Origin: Candidatus Babeliales bacterium
GTDB lineage: Bacteria > Babelota > Babeliae > Babelales > JANWKD01
Length of the DNA stretch: 64,000 bases
Assembly: GCA_963722075.1 (NCBI GenBank)
Contig: CAVRJM010000001.1
Coordinates: forward strand, 224,001-288,000
Reading direction: 5' to 3'
In this document: positions 9,677-19,692 of the stretch, piece by piece
Numbering within the stretch: the stretch's first letter is position 1
Layout: each line of letters begins with the position of its first letter
Notes under the pieces: generated by a model
Databases searched by the model: none
Told to the model about the DNA's origin: nothing
What the model saw: only the letters and a program-made list of their open reading frames with translations
Program-made: the position numbers and the translations under genes

Positions 9677-11086
9677 ATGAAATCTAAGCTCGGTGGTTTT
9701 GGTTCTTTTTTTGGTATGCAACGTGAAGAGCGTTTGAAGCTCATTTTATTAGCAGTTTCTTTCTTTCTTGTTATTGGTGCATACTCATTAGTTCGTGAGC
9801 TTAAAAGCTCTATGTTTATGAGTATTGTGGGTAAAGAATATGTACCCATGGCGCGCATGCTCGCCATGCTCTTATTAATTCCTGCTACTTTATTTTATTC
9901 GTTCCTGGTTGATAAAATGAAGCGCTATCAGCTTCTGTATTTTTACAGTATTGCATATGGTGTTGCTGGATTGTTTTGCGTCTATTTAGCGGGGCATCCA
10001 ACGATTGGGCTTCCTAATACAGAAACAAGTGCGCACCGCTTATTTGGTTGGTTTTTTTACTTTTTTATAGAAGTTTTTTCTCCCTTTGTTATTAGCGTTT
10101 TTTGGGCTTTTTCCAACTCAGTGTATAATCCTGAAGGGGCCAAAAATAACTACGCCTTATTAGTATCTGCGTCTAAAGTCGGCGGTATGGTTACCACCGG
10201 GTTAGCGTGGCTCTTATTTAGCCATCGTTCCTTAACGGGTGATAAGATTTTTTCTGACGTCGTTGGCCACCAATTTTTATTGGGATTCTTTTCTCTATTG
10301 GCGCTTATAATACCGTTTGTCGTGTACTTACTTATCAAAAATGTCTCTAAAAAATATCTGCATGGGTATGAAGCGGCGTACCAGTTTGAACGAGAAAAAG
10401 AAAAGAAGCATGAAGAAAAGGTAGGTATTTTTTCAGGCCTTACCTTGCTTATTAAATGCCCTTATATTTTAGGGATATTTGGTATGCTCTTTTTTTACGA
10501 GGTGGTGAGTACCGTATTGAGCTACCATCGATTAGGGATCGCGCAGGAGAGCGCTTCAGACGTCTCTGGCGTGAGTGCGTTCTTATTTGGTATGGCTTTT
10601 ATTCAACATTTTTTTGGTATTATCATCTCGTTTTTAGGAACGCGAACCTTACTACGGGTATTTGGTGAGCGTATTTGCTTATTATTAGTACCGACCATTG
10701 GCGCAATTTTACTGTTATACTTTACGTTGAGTTACACGGTACTTGCCGTGCAAATTGGCCTTATATTATTACAGGCAATTAACTACGCATTTGCGCAGCC
10801 GGTACGTGAGAGCTTATATATCCCAACATTGAAGGATATTAAATTTAAATCAAAATCGTGGATTGATGCATTTGGATCTCGTTTTGCAAAAAGTGTGGGG
10901 TCTACCTTTGTTATGGCCTCGATTAATATGGGTCCTGCCATGTTTGTTCCAGTACATGCGAGTTTCTTTGCGCTCATTAGTATCTTTTGGTTTATTACCG
11001 CGTATCTCCTTGGTAAGCGTTATACACGGGCCATTAGAAATAATGAGGTTATTGGAGTGGAAGAAGCGCGTGAGCAGGTTGCTTAA
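9677..11086 (+). CDS. Second TLC/NTT-family nucleotide transporter
   Basis: VRELKS, VFWAFSN, YAFAQPVRESLYIPT, KFKSKSWID; multi-pass membrane protein. Confidence 0.88.
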   Translation: MKSKLGGFGSFFGMQREERLKLILLAVSFFLVIGAYSLVRELKSSMFMSIVGKEYVPMARMLAMLLLIPATLFYSFLVDKMKRYQLLYFYSIAYGVAGLFCVYLAGHPTIGLPNTETSAHRLFGWFFYFFIEVFSPFVISVFWAFSNSVYNPEGAKNNYALLVSASKVGGMVTTGLAWLLFSHRSLTGDKIFSDVVGHQFLLGFFSLLALIIPFVVYLLIKNVSKKYLHGYEAAYQFEREKEKKHEEKVGIFSGLTLLIKCPYILGIFGMLFFYEVVSTVLSYHRLGIAQESASDVSGVSAFLFGMAFIQHFFGIIISFLGTRTLLRVFGERICLLLVPTIGAILLLYFTLSYTVLAVQIGLILLQAINYAFAQPVRESLYIPTLKDIKFKSKSWIDAFGSRFAKSVGSTFVMASINMGPAMFVPVHASFFALISIFWFITAYLLGKRYTRAIRNNEVIGVEEAREQVA

Positions 11087-11226
11087 AGTAATTGAGATTT
11101 ATTTGAATTATGGTACAATAAATAATACGTTTTAAGCCTCTTGTATGTTAAATTCTTACTTTCTTGTATGGGTGGTTCCTGTAAAAGCAGACCAGAAAGT
11201 AATTGGTAAAACCCAGAAAGGATATC

Positions 11227-12102
11227 ATGGCAATAGATTTTAAAAAACTAATCGAAGCAGGCGTTCCCTTTGGTCATCCAACGGCAAGTTGGAATCCTAA
11301 GATGGCTTCCTATATTTGGGGACGAAAAAATAAAGTTTATTTAATCAACGTATTAGAAACAGCACGGCTACTAGAAAAAGCAGCGCAGTTTTTAAGCTCA
11401 GTTGCGGCTGAAAATAAAACAATTTTATGGGTTGGAACTAAAAAGGTAGCACGTCCTATTATGACTCATGCTGCGCAAGAAACAAATTGCCCGTATGTTT
11501 CACACCGATGGATTGGTGGTACCTTAACCAATTTTATACAAATTAAAAAACCGATCGCTAAATTGCAGCATTTAAAAGATGTGCTTTCTAAAACGGAGCA
11601 TGAACATTATACCAAAAAAGAAATGAGCCGTTTAAACAAAGAAGCGGATCGCTTAGTAAATAATTTTGGCGGTATTGTAAATTTAAAATGGCCGATTGGT
11701 GCATTAGTTATTGTTGATGTACGTAAAGAACAAGCGGCATTAAAAGAAGCAGCAGCACTTGGTATACCAGTGGTAGCATTAGTTGATACCAATAGTGATC
11801 CTGAATTAGTACAATATGTTATTCCAGGTAATGATGATGGTCGCGATTCAGTTTCAATTATCGTTGATTATTTAGCGCAAGCAGTTAAAAAAGGTAAAGA
11901 AGTTGCTAAAGAAAAAGGTGTACAAGCTGAAGCTGTTGAAGCTGAAACAGTACAAATGCAAGAAGTACTCCCAGAAGCGCTGGAAGTTGAAGACGAGACC
12001 GAAGGATCTGACGCAGTAAAAACTGCCGCAAAAGCTAAACGTTTTAAAGAAACAGGATTTGCGCCCAAGCCTGAAGGTGCAAAAAAAAAGATAAGTAAGT
12101 AA
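11227..12102 (+). CDS. rpsB: 30S ribosomal protein S2
   Basis: LIEAGVPFGH, WNPKM, RWIGGTLTNF, VDTNSDP, IPGNDD. Confidence 0.97.
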   Translation: MAIDFKKLIEAGVPFGHPTASWNPKMASYIWGRKNKVYLINVLETARLLEKAAQFLSSVAAENKTILWVGTKKVARPIMTHAAQETNCPYVSHRWIGGTLTNFIQIKKPIAKLQHLKDVLSKTEHEHYTKKEMSRLNKEADRLVNNFGGIVNLKWPIGALVIVDVRKEQAALKEAAALGIPVVALVDTNSDPELVQYVIPGNDDGRDSVSIIVDYLAQAVKKGKEVAKEKGVQAEAVEAETVQMQEVLPEALEVEDETEGSDAVKTAAKAKRFKETGFAPKPEGAKKKISK

Positions 12103-12125
12103 AGCCTACCCAATAGATTCTTGTT

Positions 12126-12217
12126 GGAGAGGTGTCTGAGTGGTCGAAAGAGCACGATTGGAAATCGTGTATGTCCCGAAAGGGGCATCGAGGGTTCGAA
12201 TCCCTCTCTCTCCACCA
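12126..12217 (+). tRNA. tRNA-Ser(GGA)
   Basis: GGAGAGG...anticodon arm CACGA-TT-GGA-AA-TCGTG, long variable arm, GGTTCGAATCC, encoded CCA. Confidence 0.95.
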
Positions 12218-12241
12218 GTCATTTCTGAAAGAAATGCCTGG
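12215..12241. repeat. 27-nt tRNA-3'-linked palindrome (copy 1)
   Basis: CCAGTCATTTCTGAAAGAAATGCCTGG; homologous copies at 59793 and 60062. Confidence 0.85.
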
Positions 12242-12339
12242 CTGCGCCGCTATAGGATTTGTTACGTCGTAACTTTAGCGGCGGCGAATTGAAATTAATC
12301 TTCCTGCTCATCAAAAAAAGGTGAGCAGAATAAAAAGTT

Positions 12340-12422
12340 GGGAAGTCATAAAGGATGAATGCACAATCTGTCAGGTCTGAAAGGAAGCAGCAGGGGCATA
12401 CACATTCTTGTATCGACTTCCC
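12340..12422 (+). ncRNA. ffs: Signal recognition particle RNA (4.5S)
   Basis: Helix-8 motif TGTCAGGTCTGAAAGGAAGCAGCA closed by GGGAAGTC...GACTTCCC; tRNA-Ser/ffs/dnaX neighbourhood. Confidence 0.9.
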
Positions 12423-12483
12423 TTTATTTTTTGAATGTTTGAGTCTGAAGAGTTTTTATTTATTTAAATGATACGAGGTGTTT

Positions 12484-12981
12484 ATGAAAAGAATCAAATT
12501 GTGTATAGCAGGATTATGCATACTGTTAGCTCACTTAAGCAGCTCTGCTGAACAAGACGGTGCATGTAAAGATGGCGTATGTCCCGTTATACTGGATAAA
12601 CCGCAACCAGCAATACCAAAAGAAAAGCAAGCAGAACACAGTTCTGTTCTTGAGCTAACCAATCAAAATTTTGATTCAATTATCAAAAATTCTACAAAAC
12701 CAGTCATCGTCGATTTTTATGCGGTGTGGTGTGGGCCCTGTAAAATGATGAAGCCCCTCTTTGCTGAGCTTGCTGTAACAGAAAAAGAATATATTTTTGC
12801 AGCAATTGAAGGTGATAAACATCCTACCATAAGTGCACAATGCAAAGTTAATGCGTTTCCTTCTTTTGTTGTTTTTAAAAATGGTGTTCAATGGGGTAAA
12901 ATTGAAGGTGGAAAACCTAAAGAAGATCTTTTGAATGCGATAAAAAAAATTGTCGCAACTGCACAGCCACAAAAAAAGTAA
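12484..12981 (+). CDS. Exported thioredoxin-family protein
   Basis: Signal peptide, extra CKDGVC motif, VDFYAVWCGPC active site. Confidence 0.9.
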   Translation: MKRIKLCIAGLCILLAHLSSSAEQDGACKDGVCPVILDKPQPAIPKEKQAEHSSVLELTNQNFDSIIKNSTKPVIVDFYAVWCGPCKMMKPLFAELAVTEKEYIFAAIEGDKHPTISAQCKVNAFPSFVVFKNGVQWGKIEGGKPKEDLLNAIKKIVATAQPQKK

Positions 12982-12994
12982 ATTTAATAAAACT

Positions 12995-14719
12995 ATGGAT
13001 AATCATTCCCTACAACTTAATCTTGCGCGCAAATGGCGTTCTAAAACGTTTGATCAGGTAGTAGGGCAAGATTTATCGGTACGAATTTTAAAAAACAGCC
13101 TTTATTTAAATCATTATTTTCCGGTGTATCTTTTTGCCGGTCAGCACGGCTGTGGTAAAACTACCATGGCACGTATTTTTGCAGCAGCGGTTAATTGTCA
13201 GCAGCTCACCGTATTTCAGCAAAATCCTAAAGAAGCTGCGATACCATGTCTTGAATGTTCCTCCTGCCTGGCAATGGCGGGAGCTAATCATCCCGATTTT
13301 ATTGAAATTGATGGCGCATCACACACTGGCGTTGATCATGTGCGGCATATTATTGAAGTGGCTGCATTCTTGCCTATTATGGGAAGAAAAAAGATATATC
13401 TTATTGATGAAGCGCACATGCTTAGTAAAGCAGCTTTCAATGCGTTTTTAAAAATACTTGAGGAACCACCGGCATCTGCTCTGTTTATTCTTGCTACTAC
13501 CGAACTATATAAAATTATTGAAACGGTACGTTCACGCAGCTTTCAACTTTTTTTTCGCGCGGTAGAAGAAAAAACATTAGCCGCACATTTAGAACAGATA
13601 TGTGCACGTGAATCAATTGCTTATGATCAGCAAGGGTTAGTTGCTATTGTTAAACACACTAAGGGATCGGTACGCGATGCTATTAATTTGCTTGAACAGA
13701 TACGTTTTGCAGCCAGTCATATTACAAAAAAAGCAGTACTTGAAGTATTGAGTCATACTGATGAGGAAATCATCATTACCGTATATGAAACAATTCAAAA
13801 TGGTAACCCTGAGCAGCTTTTACACTGTATGCAAGAACAAAAATTACAAAGCTATGCAATTGAAGGAGTGTACAAATCATTAATCGAACTTATTACCAGT
13901 TGTATATGGGTTTCATATGGTCAAAAACCGCGCTTTTTTACCCAGTATACTGATCGGCTTAAACGCCTCACGCAAATGCATTCTGTTGCTTATTTTACGG
14001 ATTGTTTAACAGCATTATTTCAATACGAACAACAACTCTATCGAACGGATGCTGCCTGGGAGCTTTTTGAAATGGTGTTATTGCGCTTATGCCTTAAAAG
14101 GAATGCTCTTGCTCAAAAAGCTGAAATAATGGGAGGTTGCAAAGAAACACCAATAGCGTCTCAACCCACAGTTTCCCAAGTAACGTCTAAAAAAAATAAT
14201 GAAATAGTTCCCTTAAATCAAACGAAGTTTGAAATAGTTGATAACCCATTGTGGCATTCATTTATTAGCCAAGTAGAGTTATTTGATCCGTTATTGAGTT
14301 CTATTTTTAAACAAGGCGTATTTAAAGGTTTTGATCAGCAGGGCAGCATTACTATTGCGTTTGGTAAAGAATTTGTCTTTTTTGAAGATATGCTTGAAAA
14401 ATCAAGTACCATTTGGAAGCCGTTGCTTAATTCATTGGCTGGTAAACCGGTGCAGGTAAAGGCACAATTTCAAGAATTGAGCACTTCAATAGCATTGCCT
14501 ATAAAAAAAACAGTTGCTGAACAAAAAGAGCCAATACCGATAAAAAAACCAGTAGCACCAATTAAACCGCCGTATAAAAAAATGGAAAAAAAAACGACTG
14601 AACAAAGAGGAACTACGTATCCCGTGGTTGATACATCAGATACAAATCAATGGAAGAAAGCAGCGTTACTTAAAACATTTTTTCCAGGCACCATTTATGA
14701 ATTACCTGAAGGAACTTAA
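12995..14719 (+). CDS. dnaX: DNA polymerase III subunit gamma/tau
   Basis: LARKWRSKTF, GQHGCGKTT, Zn cysteines, IDEAHMLS, LKILEEPP. Confidence 0.96.
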   Translation: MDNHSLQLNLARKWRSKTFDQVVGQDLSVRILKNSLYLNHYFPVYLFAGQHGCGKTTMARIFAAAVNCQQLTVFQQNPKEAAIPCLECSSCLAMAGANHPDFIEIDGASHTGVDHVRHIIEVAAFLPIMGRKKIYLIDEAHMLSKAAFNAFLKILEEPPASALFILATTELYKIIETVRSRSFQLFFRAVEEKTLAAHLEQICARESIAYDQQGLVAIVKHTKGSVRDAINLLEQIRFAASHITKKAVLEVLSHTDEEIIITVYETIQNGNPEQLLHCMQEQKLQSYAIEGVYKSLIELITSCIWVSYGQKPRFFTQYTDRLKRLTQMHSVAYFTDCLTALFQYEQQLYRTDAAWELFEMVLLRLCLKRNALAQKAEIMGGCKETPIASQPTVSQVTSKKNNEIVPLNQTKFEIVDNPLWHSFISQVELFDPLLSSIFKQGVFKGFDQQGSITIAFGKEFVFFEDMLEKSSTIWKPLLNSLAGKPVQVKAQFQELSTSIALPIKKTVAEQKEPIPIKKPVAPIKPPYKKMEKKTTEQRGTTYPVVDTSDTNQWKKAALLKTFFPGTIYELPEGT

Positions 14720-16032
14720 TGGATATCTTACCTAAAGTAGTTATTATTGGACGAGCAAATGTTGGTAAATCTACCTTATTTAATAGGCTGTCCACCTCCG
14801 TTAAAAGTCTAACCTTAGATATTGCTGGGGTAACGCGTGATTTTATTGCCGATACCGTTAGTTGGAAAGGAGTTACTTTTCAATTAGTTGATAGTGGCGG
14901 GATCAGTTTGAAAAAATCGCAAGACGTGCTTACCGAAAAAGTTCGCCAAATTGCATTATCGCTCATTGAACAAGCGGATTTAGTGCTTTTTGTATGCGAT
15001 GGCAAAGCAGGAATTGTTCCTGAGGATCGAGAAATTAATAAATTTTTGCATAAAGCTGGTAAAGATACCATTGTTGTTGTTAATAAAATTGATGCAACTA
15101 CGGCACAAGAACAGTTATACGAATTTAAGCAGTTGGGTTTTGATACCATAGCAATTTCAGCACTACATGGTACTGGTTCGGGAGAAATATTACACGAAAT
15201 AGTAAAACGGCTTGAAAATAAACAAGTAAGCTACGTTCCTGAAAAATCAAAAATGAATTTGGTGCTTTTGGGCAAACCTAACGTGGGTAAATCATCATTA
15301 TTAAATAAATTATTAGAACAGGAACGTGCCATCGTCTCGCCGCAACCGGGCACCACGCGCGAGCCTATTACCGAACAGATTCGCTTTTATAAAGAAAATA
15401 TTCAAGTAACTGATACGGCAGGCATACGCCGTAAACGTGGCGTCACTGAGCAATTAGAAACAATGATGGTTAAAACGTCATTCAAAGCAGTTGAGCGCGC
15501 TGATATTGTACTTTTATTAATTGAGGGTACTGAAGGGCATTTGAGCGATCAAGAATTGAAACTTGCCTTTTATGCATTTGAACATAATAAGGCGCTTATT
15601 TTATTAATTAATAAGGACGATCTTACCACAGAATTGCAACATGCAGATCTTGATCGCGATTTTGAGAAATATGAATTTTTTGCAAAAAAAATCCCTCAAT
15701 TATATATCTCATGTAAAACCGGAAAAAATATTGGCAAAATTTTACCACTCGTTTCAAAGGTATGGGAGCGGTATAACCAAGAATTCTCTAATCAAGAAGT
15801 AACTGAACTGTTCAAACGAGCGCTTGAAAAAACGCCGCTCTATCATAAAACTTCACAATTACTCCTCAGGAAAGCAAAACAAATTAGCAAAGCGCCGTTA
15901 CAATTTTTATTAATTGTTAATGAACCCTTATGGTTTGGCCCGAGTCAATTATCGTTCTTTGAGAATGTTATGCGTAAGCACTATGATTTGTTGGGCGTGC
16001 CGTTGAAATTTATTCCGAGAAAAAGCGACTGA
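14719..16032 (+). CDS. der: Ribosome biogenesis GTPase Der (EngA)
   Basis: Two GTPase domains, GRANVGKST and GKPNVGKSS; DTAGIRR. Confidence 0.97.
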   Translation: MDILPKVVIIGRANVGKSTLFNRLSTSVKSLTLDIAGVTRDFIADTVSWKGVTFQLVDSGGISLKKSQDVLTEKVRQIALSLIEQADLVLFVCDGKAGIVPEDREINKFLHKAGKDTIVVVNKIDATTAQEQLYEFKQLGFDTIAISALHGTGSGEILHEIVKRLENKQVSYVPEKSKMNLVLLGKPNVGKSSLLNKLLEQERAIVSPQPGTTREPITEQIRFYKENIQVTDTAGIRRKRGVTEQLETMMVKTSFKAVERADIVLLLIEGTEGHLSDQELKLAFYAFEHNKALILLINKDDLTTELQHADLDRDFEKYEFFAKKIPQLYISCKTGKNIGKILPLVSKVWERYNQEFSNQEVTELFKRALEKTPLYHKTSQLLLRKAKQISKAPLQFLLIVNEPLWFGPSQLSFFENVMRKHYDLLGVPLKFIPRKSD

Positions 16033-16040
16033 TCTTTTCA

Positions 16041-16075
16041 GTCGTCCTGAGGCACGTTAGTGCCGTGAGGATCCA
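16041..16075. repeat. Single arm of palindromic repeat family A
   Basis: GTCGTCCTGAGGCACGTTAGTGCCGTGAGGATCCA, similar to the arm at 50993..51025. Confidence 0.7.
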
Positions 16076-16083
16076 ATAAATCA

Positions 16084-16488
16084 TTACGTGAGTAAATTGG
16101 GATAAAAACGACTCATTACAGAATATGCCGTTATACCAGTGGCTGCAAGTAATGAGATAAAGCACAATCCACCATAGATTACTTGTTTTTTTTCTATTTG
16201 ATTCCATCTGATACTGGGATCATTGTCGTCCAATGCATCTAGATGTTGTATTAGGGCATCGTGATCAATGGTACGAGTTCGTGTTAATTGTTTGTTATAT
16301 TTAAAAGCATGAAAGCCAAAATATAACCCTAATCCAGTCAAAGTCAGCACGGTACTACCAACTTGGAAGGGTGAAAATTGATATGATTGGTTGGTTAGAT
16401 TATTATTTGGTATCCGATTTGCAAAAAAAAAGACAGCGGAGCTGAAAGAAGTGAAAAGAAATAAAGGTAATAAAACTAATTTTTTCAT
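16084..16488 (-). CDS. Hypothetical exported two-TM membrane protein (GLYxG family)
   Basis: MKK signal, hydrophobic segment TGLGLYFGFHAF, second C-terminal TM. Confidence 0.75.
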   Translation of the reverse strand: MKKLVLLPLFLFTSFSSAVFFFANRIPNNNLTNQSYQFSPFQVGSTVLTLTGLGLYFGFHAFKYNKQLTRTRTIDHDALIQHLDALDDNDPSIRWNQIEKKQVIYGGLCFISLLAATGITAYSVMSRFYPNLLT

Positions 16489-16508
16489 AATAATCTCTAA
16501 TTAAATGT

Positions 16509-16856
16509 TCAGTTAAAAATATTTTTTATCAATGGAGCCGCATATACCCCGGCAAGAAATAATGAACAGGCACTGATTGTAAAATAGAAGGCTGTCTGAT
16601 CAGCCAATTTATCATTTTTGTTATAAGCCTGGCGATATTGAATTGTAGTATGCGCAGATACATTATGTAAGATTCGTGCTTGGCGAAGATCATCTTCACA
16701 TTCAGCTAAACGATTTAGGTTATTAACAAAACGATAACCACTATACAATCCGATAATGGTAAAGCCGAGAGATGGTATGGATTCTCCTAATTTTGGTAAT
16801 GTACCCGCAAAGCAAGTAGTGACGTATGTAAGTAGTAATAAAATTAATTTTTTCAT
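16509..16856 (-). CDS. Hypothetical exported two-TM membrane protein (GLYxG family)
   Basis: MKK signal, IIGLYSGYRF, C-terminal TM. Confidence 0.75.
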   Translation of the reverse strand: MKKLILLLLTYVTTCFAGTLPKLGESIPSLGFTIIGLYSGYRFVNNLNRLAECEDDLRQARILHNVSAHTTIQYRQAYNKNDKLADQTAFYFTISACSLFLAGVYAAPLIKNIFN

Positions 16857-16875
16857 AATATCTCTAATTATAAAG

Positions 16876-18024
16876 TTATTTTTTAATGTCTTTGATGGCT
16901 TTTACCATATCCATATCTCGTTCTGAAGCAAAATAATCGAGTAAATTACTTTTGTATTTATATAAATAAATTCCTGTTACTAACAAAAATAATGGTGTGT
17001 ATTCATTCAAAAAATAATTCAATTTATAACGTTGAATAATGCTTTTTAATTTAAGTAAAGCTATTACGGGCTTTTTTTCTATCTGTGCCCCGTTCTCTAA
17101 ATTTATAGTATCATAATGAGCTTGGTAACCTAACTCAGATAATAGTTTTTTTAATTGATCAATATGCCCAGAGCCAGCACAAACAAATATATGCGTATGC
17201 TTATTTACTATTTGTTCCTCATGGATATGATGTAAGAGCAAAAGATCAATTAGTGTATTAGAATATGAGTCTAAAATAAAACGAATAGCTTCTTTTTTAT
17301 TACGCTCAGTAATAGTTGTTTCAAAATCACTACTGATGTTTTGATATAGTATTGTTAGTTCATCATTACCAATGCGAGAAGTACCAAATAAGTTAAAAAA
17401 CTGTAAGGTATGATGGTAACCACGCAAAATCGTTAATAATGTATTGTCATGTGCCGTATGCCTCAGAAGTCGATCACAATATTTTCTAAGTTTCTTTGGG
17501 TAACACATATGTTTTTCTTTAAGTAAATTTACGATTCGGTCAAAATGGTCCCAGACCTGCTCAGAGGATTTTGAAAAATTAGGTAAGCAAAAAGGTAAGA
17601 TTGATGAGCCAATTTCAAAATGCCTACATTCGACGTTAATAACGGGGATATGAGCATATTGTAACAGTGAAGTAAGTCCCGATAGAAATTGTGAATGATA
17701 TATTTTAGTTAGCCCATGAACGAAAGAAACGTATGATGGCACATAATTAATATATTGTCCACTTGAAAGGGAATCCTCAACAATGCAAAGGGCATTCAAT
17801 CGACGAGCTTCATTAATTAATTCAATTTGTTGCTGAGCATCTTGAAAGGATGATTTATGATTATCTGGAAATAGATGGATATAATAATTGTTGTCAGCTT
17901 TATTTGTTAAAATAAGCGTTTCTTTGCTATGTACTGAAGCAGTACAGGGATATATAATAGCAATTAAACTAATAATTATTACTTTAATTGTAGAGATCTT
18001 TGTTATAAGATTCATATTCTTCAT
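16876..18024 (-). CDS. Exported protein, possibly TraB/GumN/Tiki-like metallohydrolase fold, with C-terminal anchor
   Basis: Signal; IHLFPDNH near the N-terminus and HIFVCAGSGHIDQLKKLLSELGY resembling the TraB/GumN FVAVGAGH...LL...GY motif. Confidence 0.55.
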   Translation of the reverse strand: MKNMNLITKISTIKVIIISLIAIIYPCTASVHSKETLILTNKADNNYYIHLFPDNHKSSFQDAQQQIELINEARRLNALCIVEDSLSSGQYINYVPSYVSFVHGLTKIYHSQFLSGLTSLLQYAHIPVINVECRHFEIGSSILPFCLPNFSKSSEQVWDHFDRIVNLLKEKHMCYPKKLRKYCDRLLRHTAHDNTLLTILRGYHHTLQFFNLFGTSRIGNDELTILYQNISSDFETTITERNKKEAIRFILDSYSNTLIDLLLLHHIHEEQIVNKHTHIFVCAGSGHIDQLKKLLSELGYQAHYDTINLENGAQIEKKPVIALLKLKSIIQRYKLNYFLNEYTPLFLLVTGIYLYKYKSNLLDYFASERDMDMVKAIKDIKK

Positions 18025-18048
18025 TATAGCTCCAAAAAGCTTTCATTT

Positions 18049-18545
18049 TTATTTCCAAAAATATGTTCTAATGTTGCATCCCGCTACGAACGCGGATAAA
18101 ATAAAAGAGCCAATAGCAATTCTGCCATACCATTTGCGTGAATCATGAAGGGGATCATCCCTTCTATTTATTGTAGCTAGTCGTTGTGCCATCTTTGTCC
18201 AATTATTATTAATATCTTGTTGGTTTGCGCTCCACGCTTGATCACGCTCATGACTATTGTTTTTTATTGCTTGATTATCCTTCATAAAGCGATAACCGCA
18301 ATAGGTTCCGATAAATGCTAAACCAATTGAGAGCAGTATGCCCAAAGAAGGGCTACCTAATTTTGTAAATAGGTCGCCAAAAGCACTTATTGATGATGAA
18401 GAAGATGGCATATTTTGGTTATCAGCATAATGCACTATCAGGTCTCCGATTTCGTAAGTGCCATTCAGATGTAAATGATCAAAAATAAAATCTTTTTGCA
18501 TAGCATAAGTAAAAGATAGTGGAAGAGAAAATAATAATATAATAA
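18049..18545 (-). pseudogene. Exported two-TM protein whose signal peptide is interrupted by the IS; 5' end at 19693..19711
   Basis: Removing the IS and one TAATAA copy restores in-frame MKKILIILLFSLPLSFTYA-MQKDFIF...; contains AFIGTYCGYRF. Confidence 0.88.
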
Positions 18546-19692
18546 CAGGACTTACGCATTGGTCGAAAGTTCTGATTGGGACTTGAAATAAATAAAAAAG
18601 GGTGCTTCAATTTTGTGAATTAAACAACAAAAGCAAAAAAGAAGGACACCCGAAATGAGAATAACAAATACAAATGAAGAATCAAGCACACCAAAATATG
18701 TAATGGGTTTATTAAAAACAACGGCACGAAAAGTTTGCACAAATATTTCTGAAACACTGGGAATAATGCATGATGTGCTCAATAGGGAAGTTGAAAAAGC
18801 AGCCCAGAATGCAGCAGAAATAACAAGCTCATTACAAAATGTTGCTCTAGAAAGTCTTAGCAATTGCGAAAGATATTTGATAATCGATGATACTCCCGTA
18901 AATAAGCAATATGCTAACGATATTGAAGGATTAGAAATTGTTTATGATAGTAGTGAGAAAAGATCAGCTTTGGGATTACGGTCTGTAATTGGCATGATCA
19001 CTGATACCAGAGTAAGAATACCGATTGATGCGGAGATTATGATAAGCAAAGTATTTGGAGAAACCAATTACAAGACAAAAAGTGAAATTGCTTACATTAT
19101 TATAGAGCGTGTTCTAGGATCAATTCGGTTTAATTGGTTAATTGCAGATGCCCATTATGCGACTGAATACCTTCTGCCAAAGCTTTTTAACAGGTCAATA
19201 AAATTTCTGATGAAAATTCCCAGAAATCGCGTTGTTACTATTAACAATAAAACAGGACAATTGCAAAAAATTTTACGTTTGAAAAAAAATAACAGATTTG
19301 CTTGTGGATACGGCACTATTTTTGGTCTTTCCTGTTATTTCTATGTGTTAAAAATTGATAAGGAAAAAATTATGTATCTTATCAGTAGCCATCAGCTCGG
19401 CAAAGAGAAGCTAATTTCTACATATAAGATTCGTTGGCAAATTGAATGCTTCAATAGAACTGCCAAACAACTTCTTGGATTCAGCGAATGCCAAATGCGT
19501 TCTTTTAACATGCAGCGTGCGCATTTACTTTTCGTGTTATGGGCTTATGCTTTAGCCGACATAAGGCGGGTAAAAGATAATTTCGACAATACTGAACAAG
19601 CCGTCAGATCCTTTCGGGTCGCAAAACCCCCTACACCATCTAGTTTATTTTATGCTTTTGAAGAGAACTCTTATGCTCTTGCGTAAGTCCTG
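18546..19692 (+). mobile_element. IS701-like insertion sequence with 13-bp terminal inverted repeats
   Basis: CAGGACTTACGCA (18546..18558) and TGCGTAAGTCCTG (19680..19692); TAATAA duplicated at 18540..18545 and 19693..19698. Confidence 0.92.
18655..19686 (+). CDS. DDE transposase (IS701/IS4-like)
   Basis: YLIIDDT, WLIADAHY, YKIRWQIECFNRTAKQLLG (YREK-type motif). Confidence 0.93.
   Translation: MRITNTNEESSTPKYVMGLLKTTARKVCTNISETLGIMHDVLNREVEKAAQNAAEITSSLQNVALESLSNCERYLIIDDTPVNKQYANDIEGLEIVYDSSEKRSALGLRSVIGMITDTRVRIPIDAEIMISKVFGETNYKTKSEIAYIIIERVLGSIRFNWLIADAHYATEYLLPKLFNRSIKFLMKIPRNRVVTINNKTGQLQKILRLKKNNRFACGYGTIFGLSCYFYVLKIDKEKIMYLISSHQLGKEKLISTYKIRWQIECFNRTAKQLLGFSECQMRSFNMQRAHLLFVLWAYALADIRRVKDNFDNTEQAVRSFRVAKPPTPSSLFYAFEENSYALA

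Noticed and set aside
11868..12215. 115-aa antisense ORF, likewise 59726..59962 and 60011..60283
   Set aside because: Antisense to tRNA genes or adjacent conserved genes
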